DNA of 64,000 nucleotides, from NCBI GenBank assembly GCA_964498065.1, contig CAZCFZ010000016.1, positions 8,794 through 72,793 of the forward strand, given 5' to 3'. Positions 8,970 to 18,704 of this stretch are shown here, piece by piece. Both the position numbers and the translations under genes were made by a program. Position 1 is the stretch's first letter. Each line of letters starts with the position of its first letter. The notes under the pieces were generated by a model. It ran no database searches and was not told the DNA's origin. It saw only the letters and a program-made list of their open reading frames with translations. Source of the DNA: an uncultured Ignavibacteriaceae bacterium. GTDB lineage: Bacteria > Bacteroidota > Ignavibacteria > Ignavibacteriales > Ignavibacteriaceae.

Positions 8970-10043
8970 TTATAACAATGTTATTAAACCTATAATAATT
9001 AAATTAACAAAAGCTATCGGGATTAAATATTTCCAGCAAGCAGCCATCAATTGGTCTACCCTTAATCTTGGTAAAGTCCATCTCAGCCACATCTGAACGA
9101 ACACAAAGAAAATGCCTTTTGTTGTAAACCAGAATAATTGTTCAATAGGTATAAGCCATTTTAAGTGTAAAAGATTCCCTAAATAACCAATAGGGGATTG
9201 ATATCCGCCGAAGAAAAGAACGGTTACAATTGCGGAAACAGCAAACATATTTGCATATTCTGCAAGGAAAAACATTGCGAACTTCATCCCGGTATATTCA
9301 GTATGATAACCGGATACTAGTTCCGATTCCGCTTCAGGTATATCAAACGGTGTTCTGTTAACTTCGGCAAGCGTACTAATGTAAATAATTACAAATCCAA
9401 TAATCATAAAAGGAATCAGTAAAAATTTTACAATTCCTAATTGCGGACCGCCCAATATCATCCAATTCCAAAAATGACCCGTTTGCATTTCACTGAGAGT
9501 ATTCAAATTAAGAGTACCGGTTATCATAATTATAGTAATGATTACCAATATAGTCGGTATTTCATAGCTTATAATTTGAGCAGCAGAACGCATGGCGCCT
9601 AAAAGTGAATACTTATTATTAGATGACCATCCGGCCATTAAAATACCGGCAACAACAAAACCGGAAACGGCTATAATGAAAAAGATACCTAAATCGATAT
9701 TAGATCCGATGTATGCACTTGAAAAAGGTATGGCAGCAAAAGCTGCATATGTGCCGACAAAAACAAGTACAGGCGCTATATTGAATAATGGTTTGTCATT
9801 TTCAGTTGCTACTATGTCTTCTTTTTGAACTAACTTCATGATATCGGCGATAGTTTGAAGCCAGCCATGAGAACCTACTCTCATCGGTCCCAAACGGTCT
9901 TGCATATGAGCAGATACTTTTCGTTCTAGCCAGACGGCAAAAAGAGCGAACGGGAGAATGAAAATAAATAACGGCAACAGACTTTGAATGATATCTGCTA
10001 TTAGTAAACTGCCTGTGATACTATAGAAAAAGTTGTATATCAT
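8970..10043 (-). CDS. nuoH: NADH-quinone oxidoreductase subunit H
   Basis: GWSSNNKYSLLGAMRSAAQIISYEI motif; polytopic membrane protein. Confidence 0.9.
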   Translation of the reverse strand: MIYNFFYSITGSLLIADIIQSLLPLFIFILPFALFAVWLERKVSAHMQDRLGPMRVGSHGWLQTIADIMKLVQKEDIVATENDKPLFNIAPVLVFVGTYAAFAAIPFSSAYIGSNIDLGIFFIIAVSGFVVAGILMAGWSSNNKYSLLGAMRSAAQIISYEIPTILVIITIIMITGTLNLNTLSEMQTGHFWNWMILGGPQLGIVKFLLIPFMIIGFVIIYISTLAEVNRTPFDIPEAESELVSGYHTEYTGMKFAMFFLAEYANMFAVSAIVTVLFFGGYQSPIGYLGNLLHLKWLIPIEQLFWFTTKGIFFVFVQMWLRWTLPRLRVDQLMAACWKYLIPIAFVNLIIIGLITLL

Positions 10044-11167
10044 CTGTCAACCTCTCCCAAAACTATATCGATGCTTCCAAGGATTGCAATAACATCGGCA
10101 ACCATATGGCCTTTGCAAATTTCGTTCATTACACCTAAATGTACGAAAGACGGACCTCGTACTTTGATCCTAAACGGATTTACCGAGCCGTCACTTATAA
10201 TGAAATAACCAAGTTCACCTTTAGGATTTTCCACTCTTGAATAAACCTGCCCAATAGGTGGTTTTACTCTTTTGGGAATAGCTGATGTAACATCTCCGTC
10301 AGGCAATTGATCCAGCGCTTGTTCAATAATTCTAAGGCTTTGCTCCATTTCTTGAATTCTTACATAGTATCTATCCCAGCAATCACCAACAGTTCCAACT
10401 AATCCTTGTCCGGTTGGAATATCAAAATCAAATTTATTATAAATTGAATATGGATCATCTTTTCTTAAATCCCATTTAAAGCCGCTTCCTCTTAAATTCG
10501 GACCTGTAATACCATAGTTAATTGCTGTTTCAAGAGGTAAAACACCGACATTAGCCGTCCTATCAATAAAAATTCTGTTATTCGTTAATAAATCGTTCAA
10601 TTCTTTTATGTTTGGTCTGAAATATTTAACAAATTCTTTGGCAGATCTTACAAAGTCGGGGTGAAGGTCATGTGAAAGCCCGCCGACCCAAAAGTAATTA
10701 TAAAGAAGTCTGGCACCGCATGTCATTTCAAAAAGACTTAATATTTTTTCCCTATCTCTGAAACAATAAAGGAAAGGTGTAAAAGCGCCAATATCCATTC
10801 CATAAGTTCCAATAGCAACTAAGTGGGAGGCGATTCTTTGCAATTCTCCCATAATAACTCTTATATATTCAACTCTTTCGGGAACCTGAATACCTAATAA
10901 TTTTTCAACACCAATAACGTAGCCAAATTCATTATACATAGAAGCTAAATAATCCATTCTATCCACATAAGGTATTACTTGAGGATATGTCATAGCTTCG
11001 GCATGTTTTTCAAAGCAACGGTGCAGGTAACCAATATGCGGTTGAACACTTTGAATTATTTCACCTTCCAGTTCAAGCTCAAGCCTCAACACACCGTGAG
11101 TTGCAGGGTGTTGCGGACCCATATTCAGTATCATTTGTTCAGTTTTAAGAGCCATAGTATAATTCAA
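10040..11167 (-). CDS. nuoD: NADH-quinone oxidoreductase subunit D
   Basis: NMGPQHPATHGVLRL motif; 4-nt overlap with nuoH. Confidence 0.9.
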   Translation of the reverse strand: MNYTMALKTEQMILNMGPQHPATHGVLRLELELEGEIIQSVQPHIGYLHRCFEKHAEAMTYPQVIPYVDRMDYLASMYNEFGYVIGVEKLLGIQVPERVEYIRVIMGELQRIASHLVAIGTYGMDIGAFTPFLYCFRDREKILSLFEMTCGARLLYNYFWVGGLSHDLHPDFVRSAKEFVKYFRPNIKELNDLLTNNRIFIDRTANVGVLPLETAINYGITGPNLRGSGFKWDLRKDDPYSIYNKFDFDIPTGQGLVGTVGDCWDRYYVRIQEMEQSLRIIEQALDQLPDGDVTSAIPKRVKPPIGQVYSRVENPKGELGYFIISDGSVNPFRIKVRGPSFVHLGVMNEICKGHMVADVIAILGSIDIVLGEVDR

Positions 11168-11174
11168 TTAATTA

Positions 11175-11705
11175 TTAATAGGGTACTTTCATACCGTGAT
11201 AAAATTCCGGATTTTTATAATCTTTTCTAAGCGGATGACCGGCTTCCCAATCATACGGCATAAGAATTCTTCTTAAATCCGGATGATTCAAAAATATTAT
11301 GCCGAATAAATCATAAGCTTCACGTTCATGCCAATCCGCATGTCTCCAGATACTTTCAACAGAATTAACTTCGGGATTTTCTCTTGGAGCAGAAGTTTTA
11401 AGCACTAGCTTGTGTTTGAATTTCGTAGATTCGAGATGATAATAAACGCTTAAAGTTCCGCCTTCAATTATATTATCACCATTTTGTCCGGCTGCTTTTT
11501 TCCCATTTGCATCATCAACGCCGGAAAGATTCATCAAACTATCAAATAAAAGTTCGTCATTATCAAAAAGAAAACGGCAGATTTTGTCTATCTCATTTGG
11601 TTTTACTGTAATAAAAGGGTCAACAGGTTGTGATGAAGCAAATTCAATAATAGCATCCCCAAATTTTTCTTTTAATATATTAAAAATTTCTTCAGGATTT
11701 TTCAT
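11175..11705 (-). CDS. nuoC: NADH-quinone oxidoreductase subunit C
   Basis: [24 protein letters not shown] motif; a separate gene, not fused to nuoD. Confidence 0.9.
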   Translation of the reverse strand: MKNPEEIFNILKEKFGDAIIEFASSQPVDPFITVKPNEIDKICRFLFDNDELLFDSLMNLSGVDDANGKKAAGQNGDNIIEGGTLSVYYHLESTKFKHKLVLKTSAPRENPEVNSVESIWRHADWHEREAYDLFGIIFLNHPDLRRILMPYDWEAGHPLRKDYKNPEFYHGMKVPY

Positions 11706-12193
11706 GCTGTTTTTTTCACCAAAGATTCGTTTCTAATTTTTTCTTGAAGTTTTAGTAATCCTTCCAATAATGCTTCCGGCCTAGGCGGGCAGCCAGGTAC
11801 GTAAACATCAACAGGTATTACTCTATCAACTCCTTTTAAAACATGATATCCATGTTCCCAATAAGGGCCGCCGCAATTAGAACAACTTCCCATCGAAATA
11901 ACATACTTGGGATCAGGCATTTGCTCATAAAGCCTTTTAATTCTTATTGCCATTTTAAGAGTTACGGTTCCTGAGACAATGATAACATCAGATTGGCGGG
12001 GAGAATTTCGGGGAATAACTCCGAATCTATCAAAATCATAATGAGAAGCTGATGTAGCCATCATTTCGATAGCACAACATGCCAAACCGAATCCCATTTG
12101 CCAAAGAGATGACAGCCTAGCCCAATTGAGTAAGTCGTCTACTTTGGTTACTATTATACTCTCTTTGTTAAACTGCTGATCTAATAAGCCCAT
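11702..12193 (-). CDS. nuoB: NADH-quinone oxidoreductase subunit B
   Basis: [20 protein letters not shown] and PGCPPRPE motifs (ligands of Fe-S cluster N2). Confidence 0.9.
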   Translation of the reverse strand: MGLLDQQFNKESIIVTKVDDLLNWARLSSLWQMGFGLACCAIEMMATSASHYDFDRFGVIPRNSPRQSDVIIVSGTVTLKMAIRIKRLYEQMPDPKYVISMGSCSNCGGPYWEHGYHVLKGVDRVIPVDVYVPGCPPRPEALLEGLLKLQEKIRNESLVKKTA

Positions 12194-12273
12194 ATAATTT
12201 TTATCTTATTTATTTGATAAGTACGTTTTGATTAGAATCGATTGCTAAATTTTCTTTTCAAAACATCTTTTTT

Positions 12274-12690
12274 CTATACTTCAACTTCTTCTTTTAAAAT
12301 TTTTTTTTTTAAAATCGGCGGTTCTATTTTCGGACGAACCCATTCCAGGTCACCCTTTCGCCATTCGTAAGCCATTCCTAATCCTAACAGTAAAAGGAAT
12401 ATGGCGCCAACCAAAAATCCTCCAAGGCCGAATTCCTTATAAACAAGAGCCCAAGGAATAAGCAAGACTATCTCTACATCAAAAATTAAAAAGATAAGAG
12501 CAACCACGTAAAATCTTATATTAAATTTTACCCATGGAGTGCCTATAGTATCCTCGCCGCATTCGTATGTAAGCAATTTTTCTCGAGTTGGTCTAGCCGG
12601 TCTAATTAATTTTGCAGCAATAACGGCAATGGCTACAAAAACTGCTGCGATCAACATGAATGCAAAAATTTTACCGAATTCTGTTAACAT
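12274..12690 (-). CDS. nuoA: NADH-quinone oxidoreductase subunit A
   Basis: Three transmembrane helices; TYECGE motif; first gene of the operon. Confidence 0.85.
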   Translation of the reverse strand: MLTEFGKIFAFMLIAAVFVAIAVIAAKLIRPARPTREKLLTYECGEDTIGTPWVKFNIRFYVVALIFLIFDVEIVLLIPWALVYKEFGLGGFLVGAIFLLLLGLGMAYEWRKGDLEWVRPKIEPPILKKKILKEEVEV

Positions 12691-13071
12691 TTTTATTTAT
12701 AATTTTTCGTGAAAAATTAAGACAAGCCTTAAGTAATGTCAAGAATTTCAAGAAAAATACATTTGTTTGAAAAAAAAATTATTAAAACGCACTAACACTG
12801 ACAATATATATGCCAAAATTCTTACTATTAAATATTGACTTACTATTATAATAAAATATGTCTGTATAATTTTATTTATCAATAATAAGAATGATTGAAT
12901 GCAATACATTCTCAATTAAGAGAAATGTAAAAATATTTTTTAACATCATATTATTAAATAATGTTATGGATTTATATATTTATTATAATTTATCATGAAG
13001 ACTTAAATATTATTCTCCTTAATTGATTATAACTACAATAAAAATTATATTTTGCAATAAAATTAAATAAT

Positions 13072-14208
13072 GTGTTAATGCGTCCAACTTATGCAGTAAT
13101 TGATCTTTCTAAATTAAAAAGCAATTTTTTAAATATTAGAAAGAAAGTTAAAAAAAGCAGAATTATGGCAGTCGTAAAAGCAAATGCGTATGGCCACGGT
13201 GTTAATGAGATAGTTGGTGCACTACAATCTTTGGAAGATAAAAAACCGGAATATTATGCTGTAGCTTTAGCTGAAGAAGCTGTTGAACTTCGAAAATTAA
13301 AAATTAAGCAGCAAATACTGGTTTTTGAGCCGCTCACAAAAGAGGAATCAGAATTAATTTTTCGATATAATATAATTCCCACTGTATTTAGCGATCAGCA
13401 TTTGCAGATTTTATTACATTCCAAAAGAAGGAATAATATTCGGCAAAAAGATAAAAGAATAAAAATCCATGTAAAGATTGATACGGGAATGAATCGATTA
13501 GGAATTAAGTATAATAACGCTGCGGACTTTATAGAAAAAATAAGCAATAATAATAATTTTTTAATTGATGGAATTTATACTCACTTTGCTACTTCCGATG
13601 AAAAAGACAAAATTTTTGCTAAATTACAACTAAAAAGATTTAACGACTTAATAGCTGATTTAAAAAAGAGAAACATTAAATTTGGTTTGGTACATGCCGC
13701 TAATAGCGGGGCAATTCTGGATATGCCCGATTCTTATTTCGATATGGTCAGACCGGGTATTTCATTATACGGATATTATCCATCATTAGAAACTTCTGAG
13801 TCAATTCCGTTAAAACCTATAATGTCAATTTATTCATTTGTTACAAGCGTTAAACAAATTGAAAAAGGGGAAACGGTAAGTTACGGCAGACTTTTTACGG
13901 CAAAAAGGAGAACTAAAATTATTTCTGTGCCTATTGGTTATGCTGATGGTTTTAATAGAAATCTTACAAATAAGGCTACAGCAATAATAAATGGAAAAAT
14001 TTATAAGCAAGTAGGAAGAGTTACTATGGATAGGATTATGTTTGATGTTGGAAATGATGATATTAAATTAAATGATAAAGTAACATTATTGGGTAAAAGT
14101 AATAATCTTGAAATTACTGCATGGGATTGGGGAAAAATCTTAAATACTATTCCTTATGAAATAACCTGCAATATAAGTGGAAGAATTCCGAGAATTTATA
14201 AGGATTAA
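13072..14208 (+). CDS. alr: Alanine racemase
   Basis: AVVKANAYGHG PLP-lysine motif and VSYG/GYADG motifs. The start is GTG at 13072 or ATG at 13078. Confidence 0.9.
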   Translation: MLMRPTYAVIDLSKLKSNFLNIRKKVKKSRIMAVVKANAYGHGVNEIVGALQSLEDKKPEYYAVALAEEAVELRKLKIKQQILVFEPLTKEESELIFRYNIIPTVFSDQHLQILLHSKRRNNIRQKDKRIKIHVKIDTGMNRLGIKYNNAADFIEKISNNNNFLIDGIYTHFATSDEKDKIFAKLQLKRFNDLIADLKKRNIKFGLVHAANSGAILDMPDSYFDMVRPGISLYGYYPSLETSESIPLKPIMSIYSFVTSVKQIEKGETVSYGRLFTAKRRTKIISVPIGYADGFNRNLTNKATAIINGKIYKQVGRVTMDRIMFDVGNDDIKLNDKVTLLGKSNNLEITAWDWGKILNTIPYEITCNISGRIPRIYKD

Positions 14209-15084
14209 ATGGACTTAATAAAACAATATATTGTCCAAAGTATTTCGGTTGCAGCAAATAATCTAAGGCTCAGTACTGAAAAAATAGAAGTTGTAGCATT
14301 ATTACGGGATGCCGTAACTAAATCTTCTAATCTTAAATTCGATATTTCCGAAATGAAAAAAATTACGGAATTATCAACGCTGGCTATTCGATTAGATGAA
14401 ATTTATTCTTACCTGACTCAAACACAACCCGACTTTTTTAAATTTTCCGAGAAGTTTAAAGAACATAGTCAATATCTTATAAAAGATTTAAGCCGGATGC
14501 TTGATATGGTTAATCCCGGCACAGTTAAAAAGTCTTTTGAAAAGTTATCCTTTCCAAAAGAAGTAAAAGAAAATGAGGAAAATAAGGAGCAGCTAAAGGT
14601 TGATCTTTCCAAAAGAAAAGTCAGCGAATTAAATCTTTCAAAACCGGAAACAGAGCTGATAAAGGAGAAATTAATCCTTGAAGAAGAAAAAGAAGAAGAG
14701 GATATTTTTTTCCAGAATTATGAAGCGGAAATACTAAAGCATATTAAACCTATAGATGCTATGTTAAAGCAGTTATCAAAGAACGAAATTGATCCCGAAG
14801 CAATACTTAAGTATGCTAGGATAATGAATAAAAACGGAGAGATATCCGAAAAGATAGGTTTCGATATAATTGCAAACATGCACGGCATAGTTTCAAAATC
14901 TTTAATGTTGATTAGAGCAAGGGAATTGATGCCGGGCAGAGATGTTATAGAAGCTATTCGTGCTTGTTTAATTGTTATTGTTGCTGTTGTTAAAGGCAAG
15001 GAAGTGGATATTACAAATTATCTTAATCGTGCCGAAGAATTCGGGAATGAAATTCAACCAATAAAATTAAAGGAAACAATATAA
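14209..15084 (+). CDS. Hypothetical protein, 291 aa, helical, with a central Glu/Lys-rich segment
   Basis: Its ATG directly abuts the alr stop, and its stop lies 1 nt before the manC start. I recognise no family motif. Confidence 0.6.
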   Translation: MDLIKQYIVQSISVAANNLRLSTEKIEVVALLRDAVTKSSNLKFDISEMKKITELSTLAIRLDEIYSYLTQTQPDFFKFSEKFKEHSQYLIKDLSRMLDMVNPGTVKKSFEKLSFPKEVKENEENKEQLKVDLSKRKVSELNLSKPETELIKEKLILEEEKEEEDIFFQNYEAEILKHIKPIDAMLKQLSKNEIDPEAILKYARIMNKNGEISEKIGFDIIANMHGIVSKSLMLIRARELMPGRDVIEAIRACLIVIVAVVKGKEVDITNYLNRAEEFGNEIQPIKLKETI

Positions 15085-15085
15085 T

Positions 15086-16153
15086 ATGGATGTATATGCA
15101 GTAATCATGGCCGGCGGAATAGGCTCAAGGTTTTGGCCCAGAAGCAAAGAAAAAACTCCAAAACAGATGTTAAAGATCTTTGGTGAAAAAACTATGATCC
15201 AGGATACTGTTTCCAGATTAAACGACTTTGTAAAAAATGAAAATATTTTTATTATAACAAACAAAATACAAAAACCGGAAATTGAAGAGCAGCTGCATGA
15301 TATACCTAAAGAGAATATAATAGAAGAACCTTTCGGCAGGAATACTGCTGCATGTATTGGCTTGGCTTCGGTTATTATCGAAAAAAAATCTAAAGACGCG
15401 GTAATGATTGTTCTTCCGGCTGATCATATAATTAAAAACTTGGATGAGTTCCTTAAAACAATTAAAACTTCCGTTAAATTTGCATACGAATCAAAAGGAT
15501 TGGTTACAATAGGTATTAAGCCGATAAGACCCGAAACAGGTTACGGATATATACAAATAGACGAAAGAACGGTAGCCGAAAATATTTTTAAAGTCTATAC
15601 TTTTGCGGAAAAGCCTAATTATGCAACCGCTGTTCGTTTTTTGGAAAGCGGTGATTTCTTTTGGAACAGCGGAATGTTTATCTGGAGGGCTGATGCTATC
15701 CTTGGAGAAATTAAACTCTATTTACCGGACTTGCATGAAGGATTAGAAAAAATTAAAAAGGATATTGATACTCCTAATTTTACAAATACCCTTAATAGTG
15801 TGTATGGAATGCTGAGAAATATTTCCATTGATTACGGTATTATGGAAAAATCTCAAAAAGTTTTTCTGACTAAGGGTGAATTCTCCTGGAGCGATGTTGG
15901 AAGCTGGGAAGAAGTTTATCAATTGTCTGAAAAAAACGAAAATGGAAATGCAATTATCGGCAATATATTTACGGAAATGACTATTGATTCTTACGTTTAT
16001 TCTCCGGATAAATTTGCTGCCATAATCGGTGTGGAAAATTTAATTGTAATTAACACAAAAGATGCATTATTAATTTGCCGCAGAGATCAATCTCAAGAAG
16101 TTAAAAAAGTTGTAGATCATCTAAAAATTAACAAATTAACTCAGTATTTATAG
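15086..16153 (+). CDS. manC: Mannose-1-phosphate guanylyltransferase (nucleotidyltransferase domain only, no C-terminal cupin isomerase domain)
   Basis: VIMAGGIGSRFWPRSKEKTPKQ N-terminal motif; 355 aa. Confidence 0.8.
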   Translation: MDVYAVIMAGGIGSRFWPRSKEKTPKQMLKIFGEKTMIQDTVSRLNDFVKNENIFIITNKIQKPEIEEQLHDIPKENIIEEPFGRNTAACIGLASVIIEKKSKDAVMIVLPADHIIKNLDEFLKTIKTSVKFAYESKGLVTIGIKPIRPETGYGYIQIDERTVAENIFKVYTFAEKPNYATAVRFLESGDFFWNSGMFIWRADAILGEIKLYLPDLHEGLEKIKKDIDTPNFTNTLNSVYGMLRNISIDYGIMEKSQKVFLTKGEFSWSDVGSWEEVYQLSEKNENGNAIIGNIFTEMTIDSYVYSPDKFAAIIGVENLIVINTKDALLICRRDQSQEVKKVVDHLKINKLTQYL

Positions 16154-16195
16154 AGAAAAAAAGTTATAAATTTTAATAAAATCTTTAAGCAAAAA

Positions 16196-16843
16196 ATGAA
16201 AAATTTAATAACGGAATCCGACATAGTTAAACTGAGTAAAAAAGGATTAAGTGTTATACCTGTTGGTGAAGATGATATCTTAACTCCTCTTGCATTGGAT
16301 AAAATAAAAGCTCTGGGTGTAAAAATTGTTAAAAAAGAGAATGTAACGAAATTAAATGAAGAAAAGAATTCTGATCTATATATTAATAAGACAAATAAAG
16401 TTGCTATAGGTTCCGACCATACCGGTTTTAAGCTTAAAAATATTATTTCTAAAATTTTGTCAGATAAAGGATTAGGTATAATCGATGTAGGAACTTATGA
16501 CGAAAATTCATGTGATTATCCCGATTTTGCTTTTGCGGTTTCTTTAAAAGTAACAGCAAATGAAGTTGACTTCGGGATTATAATAGATGCTACCGGTAAT
16601 CCTTCTGCAATAACTTCAAATAAAGTTCCGGGAATTAGGGCCGCAAATTGTTATAATGAATTTACCGCCAAAAGTGCAAGAGCTCATAATAATGCTAATA
16701 TCCTAACTTTAGGGGCAAAATCTATAGGGGAAGAAACGGCTAAATCTATTTTGGAAGCCTGGTTGAAATCGAATTTTGAAGGCGGTAGACATCAGAAGAG
16801 ATTAAATAAAATTATCAATATTGAAAAACAATTTTTGAAGTAA
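16196..16843 (+). CDS. rpiB: Ribose-5-phosphate isomerase B (RpiB/LacAB family) with an N-terminal extension of about 65 aa
   Basis: The core VAIGSDHTGFKLKN...CDYPDFAF...GGRHQKR begins near residue 69. Residues 1-65 form an extra module. Confidence 0.8.
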   Translation: MKNLITESDIVKLSKKGLSVIPVGEDDILTPLALDKIKALGVKIVKKENVTKLNEEKNSDLYINKTNKVAIGSDHTGFKLKNIISKILSDKGLGIIDVGTYDENSCDYPDFAFAVSLKVTANEVDFGIIIDATGNPSAITSNKVPGIRAANCYNEFTAKSARAHNNANILTLGAKSIGEETAKSILEAWLKSNFEGGRHQKRLNKIINIEKQFLK

Positions 16844-17023
16844 AAAATTTTATTATAAAATATATATTTTCCGCAAATAGAAAAAGTTTATATATTTGCA
16901 ATGAGTTTTAAATTAGTTTTAATAAATTAGGAAAATAAAAAATCATTTGCGCCTGCCGAGGCTTTCATCTTTGACTAATCATTTAGTTAGATTTAATTCC
17001 AAAATTTTCGAAAAGGAAGTAAT

Positions 17024-17785
17024 TTGTTCATCATTAATGCTCCTGTTGAAAAGACAATAGAGCTTGATAATAAAATATTTTTACTAAAAATTCGTTGTGC
17101 TGAAATCGCTAGTATTATCAGGCCCGGACAGTTTCTTAATATAAGAGTTTCGAAAACAATATATCCTTTGTTAAGAAGGCCGTTTAGTGTGTGTGATGTT
17201 GAAGGAGAATTCTTTTACCTTATGTTTAATATCCTTGGTGAAGGTACAAAGATTTTAGCTGAAAAACATTTTGGTGATACAATAGACGTTTTAGGTCCAC
17301 TGGGAAACGGATTCAACATTAACGGTTCGTATGATACTGCCGTAATAGTGGGCGGAGGATTGGGTGCTGCCCCATTCCCTTATTTAATTAGAGAAATTGG
17401 AAACAACAAAAAGGTTTATTCATTCATCGGAGGTAAAACCCACAATGATGTTATTACTTACGGAATGAAAAATATTTCTATAGCAACAGACGACGGTTCA
17501 TTAGGATATAAAGGTACCATTGTAGATTTGCTTCAAGAAAGCATTGAATTATTAAAATCAAGTAAAATAAAAATTTTTGCCTGCGGACCAAATGCAATGT
17601 TGAGATCACTTAAGGATTTTTGTATCAAAAATAATTTTGATTGCGAAGTATCTACCGAATGTGCTATGGCCTGCGGTTTCGGAATTTGCCAAGGCTGTCC
17701 TATTGAGTCTACAAAACAATCGGATAAATATTTGTTGGTGTGTAAAGACGGACCGGTGTTTAATGTTAAGGATGTAATTATATGA
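17024..17785 (+). CDS. pyrK: Dihydroorotate dehydrogenase electron-transfer subunit
   Basis: FAD/NAD-binding fold with a C-terminal 2Fe-2S motif, CAMACGFGICQGC. TTG start; overlaps pyrD by 4 nt. Confidence 0.85.
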   Translation: MFIINAPVEKTIELDNKIFLLKIRCAEIASIIRPGQFLNIRVSKTIYPLLRRPFSVCDVEGEFFYLMFNILGEGTKILAEKHFGDTIDVLGPLGNGFNINGSYDTAVIVGGGLGAAPFPYLIREIGNNKKVYSFIGGKTHNDVITYGMKNISIATDDGSLGYKGTIVDLLQESIELLKSSKIKIFACGPNAMLRSLKDFCIKNNFDCEVSTECAMACGFGICQGCPIESTKQSDKYLLVCKDGPVFNVKDVII

Positions 17786-18699
17786 ATAATATAGATTTAT
17801 CAGTCCAGGTAGGTACATTAAAACTTAGGAATCCGATTTTACTTGCTTCAGGAACAGTTGGTTATGGAAATGAAATTGCAGAGTTTGTTGATTTAAATAA
17901 AATTGGCGGTATAATTACAAAATCCCTCAGCTTAAATCCAAGAAAGGGGAATCCGCCGCAAAGGATTGTTGAAACACCGTCCGGCATGTTAAATGCAATA
18001 GGCTTAGCAAATGTAGGCGTAGAAGTTTTCTTAAATGAAAAAATTCCTTTCCTAAAAAAATATGATGTCCCTTTAATTTGTAATATAGCGGCGAGTACAA
18101 TTGACGAATATGTTGAATGTACGCGTATACTGACTGAAGAAGAGACGATAAAAGCTTTTGAAATAAACGTATCGTGTCCGAATGTAAAAGAAGGAGGATT
18201 ACAGTTCGGGAATAATGTATCAATGGTTGGAAAAATTACTTCAAAAGTTAAGGCAGCAACCAATAAACCTGTCATTATTAAATTATCACCTAATGTATCT
18301 TATATATCCGAGTTTGCAAAAGCTGTAAAGGAAGAAGGCGGAGATGCCGTATCTGCGATAAATACTTTGGTGGGTACTTCATTCGATATTTACAAAAGAA
18401 AACCAAAAATATATAATATCAACGGAGGATTATCCGGGCCCGCCATAAAACCTGTTGCGTTGGCTAAAGTTTTGGATATAAGCAGGAATGTTGAAATTCC
18501 GATTATCGGTGTCGGAGGAATAATGAATTGGAAAGATATAGTTGAATTTATGATCGTAGGTGCTTCTGCAGTACAGCTCGGAACATTAAATTTTATAAAT
18601 CCGGCTGCCTCAATAGAAATATTAGATTCACTTGAAAAATATTGTGTTGAAAACGGTATTGACAAAATATCGCAGCTAACAGCTTCTTATATTATTTAA
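17782..18699 (+). CDS. pyrD: Dihydroorotate dehydrogenase (class 1B) catalytic subunit
   Basis: NVSCPNVKEGG and GVGGI motifs; paired with pyrK. Confidence 0.9.
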   Translation: MNNIDLSVQVGTLKLRNPILLASGTVGYGNEIAEFVDLNKIGGIITKSLSLNPRKGNPPQRIVETPSGMLNAIGLANVGVEVFLNEKIPFLKKYDVPLICNIAASTIDEYVECTRILTEEETIKAFEINVSCPNVKEGGLQFGNNVSMVGKITSKVKAATNKPVIIKLSPNVSYISEFAKAVKEEGGDAVSAINTLVGTSFDIYKRKPKIYNINGGLSGPAIKPVALAKVLDISRNVEIPIIGVGGIMNWKDIVEFMIVGASAVQLGTLNFINPAASIEILDSLEKYCVENGIDKISQLTASYII

Positions 18700-18704
18700 T
18701 AATT

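Noticed and set aside
4169-9828. Plus-strand ORFs inside the nuo genes (4169..4408, 5677..5859, 5843..6052, 7565..7789, 7928..8155, 9592..9828; also 2979..3164 and 10979..11230)
   Set aside because: These are shadow ORFs antisense to strongly supported membrane-protein genes. They have no independent signals.
12691-13071. Promoter calls in the 380-nt divergent nuoA/alr control region and other AT-rich spacers
   Set aside because: The sequence is so AT-rich that -10/-35-like or TAnnTTTG-like hexamers occur by chance. For example, TTGACT at 12834 has no properly spaced -10. I could not support any specific promoter.
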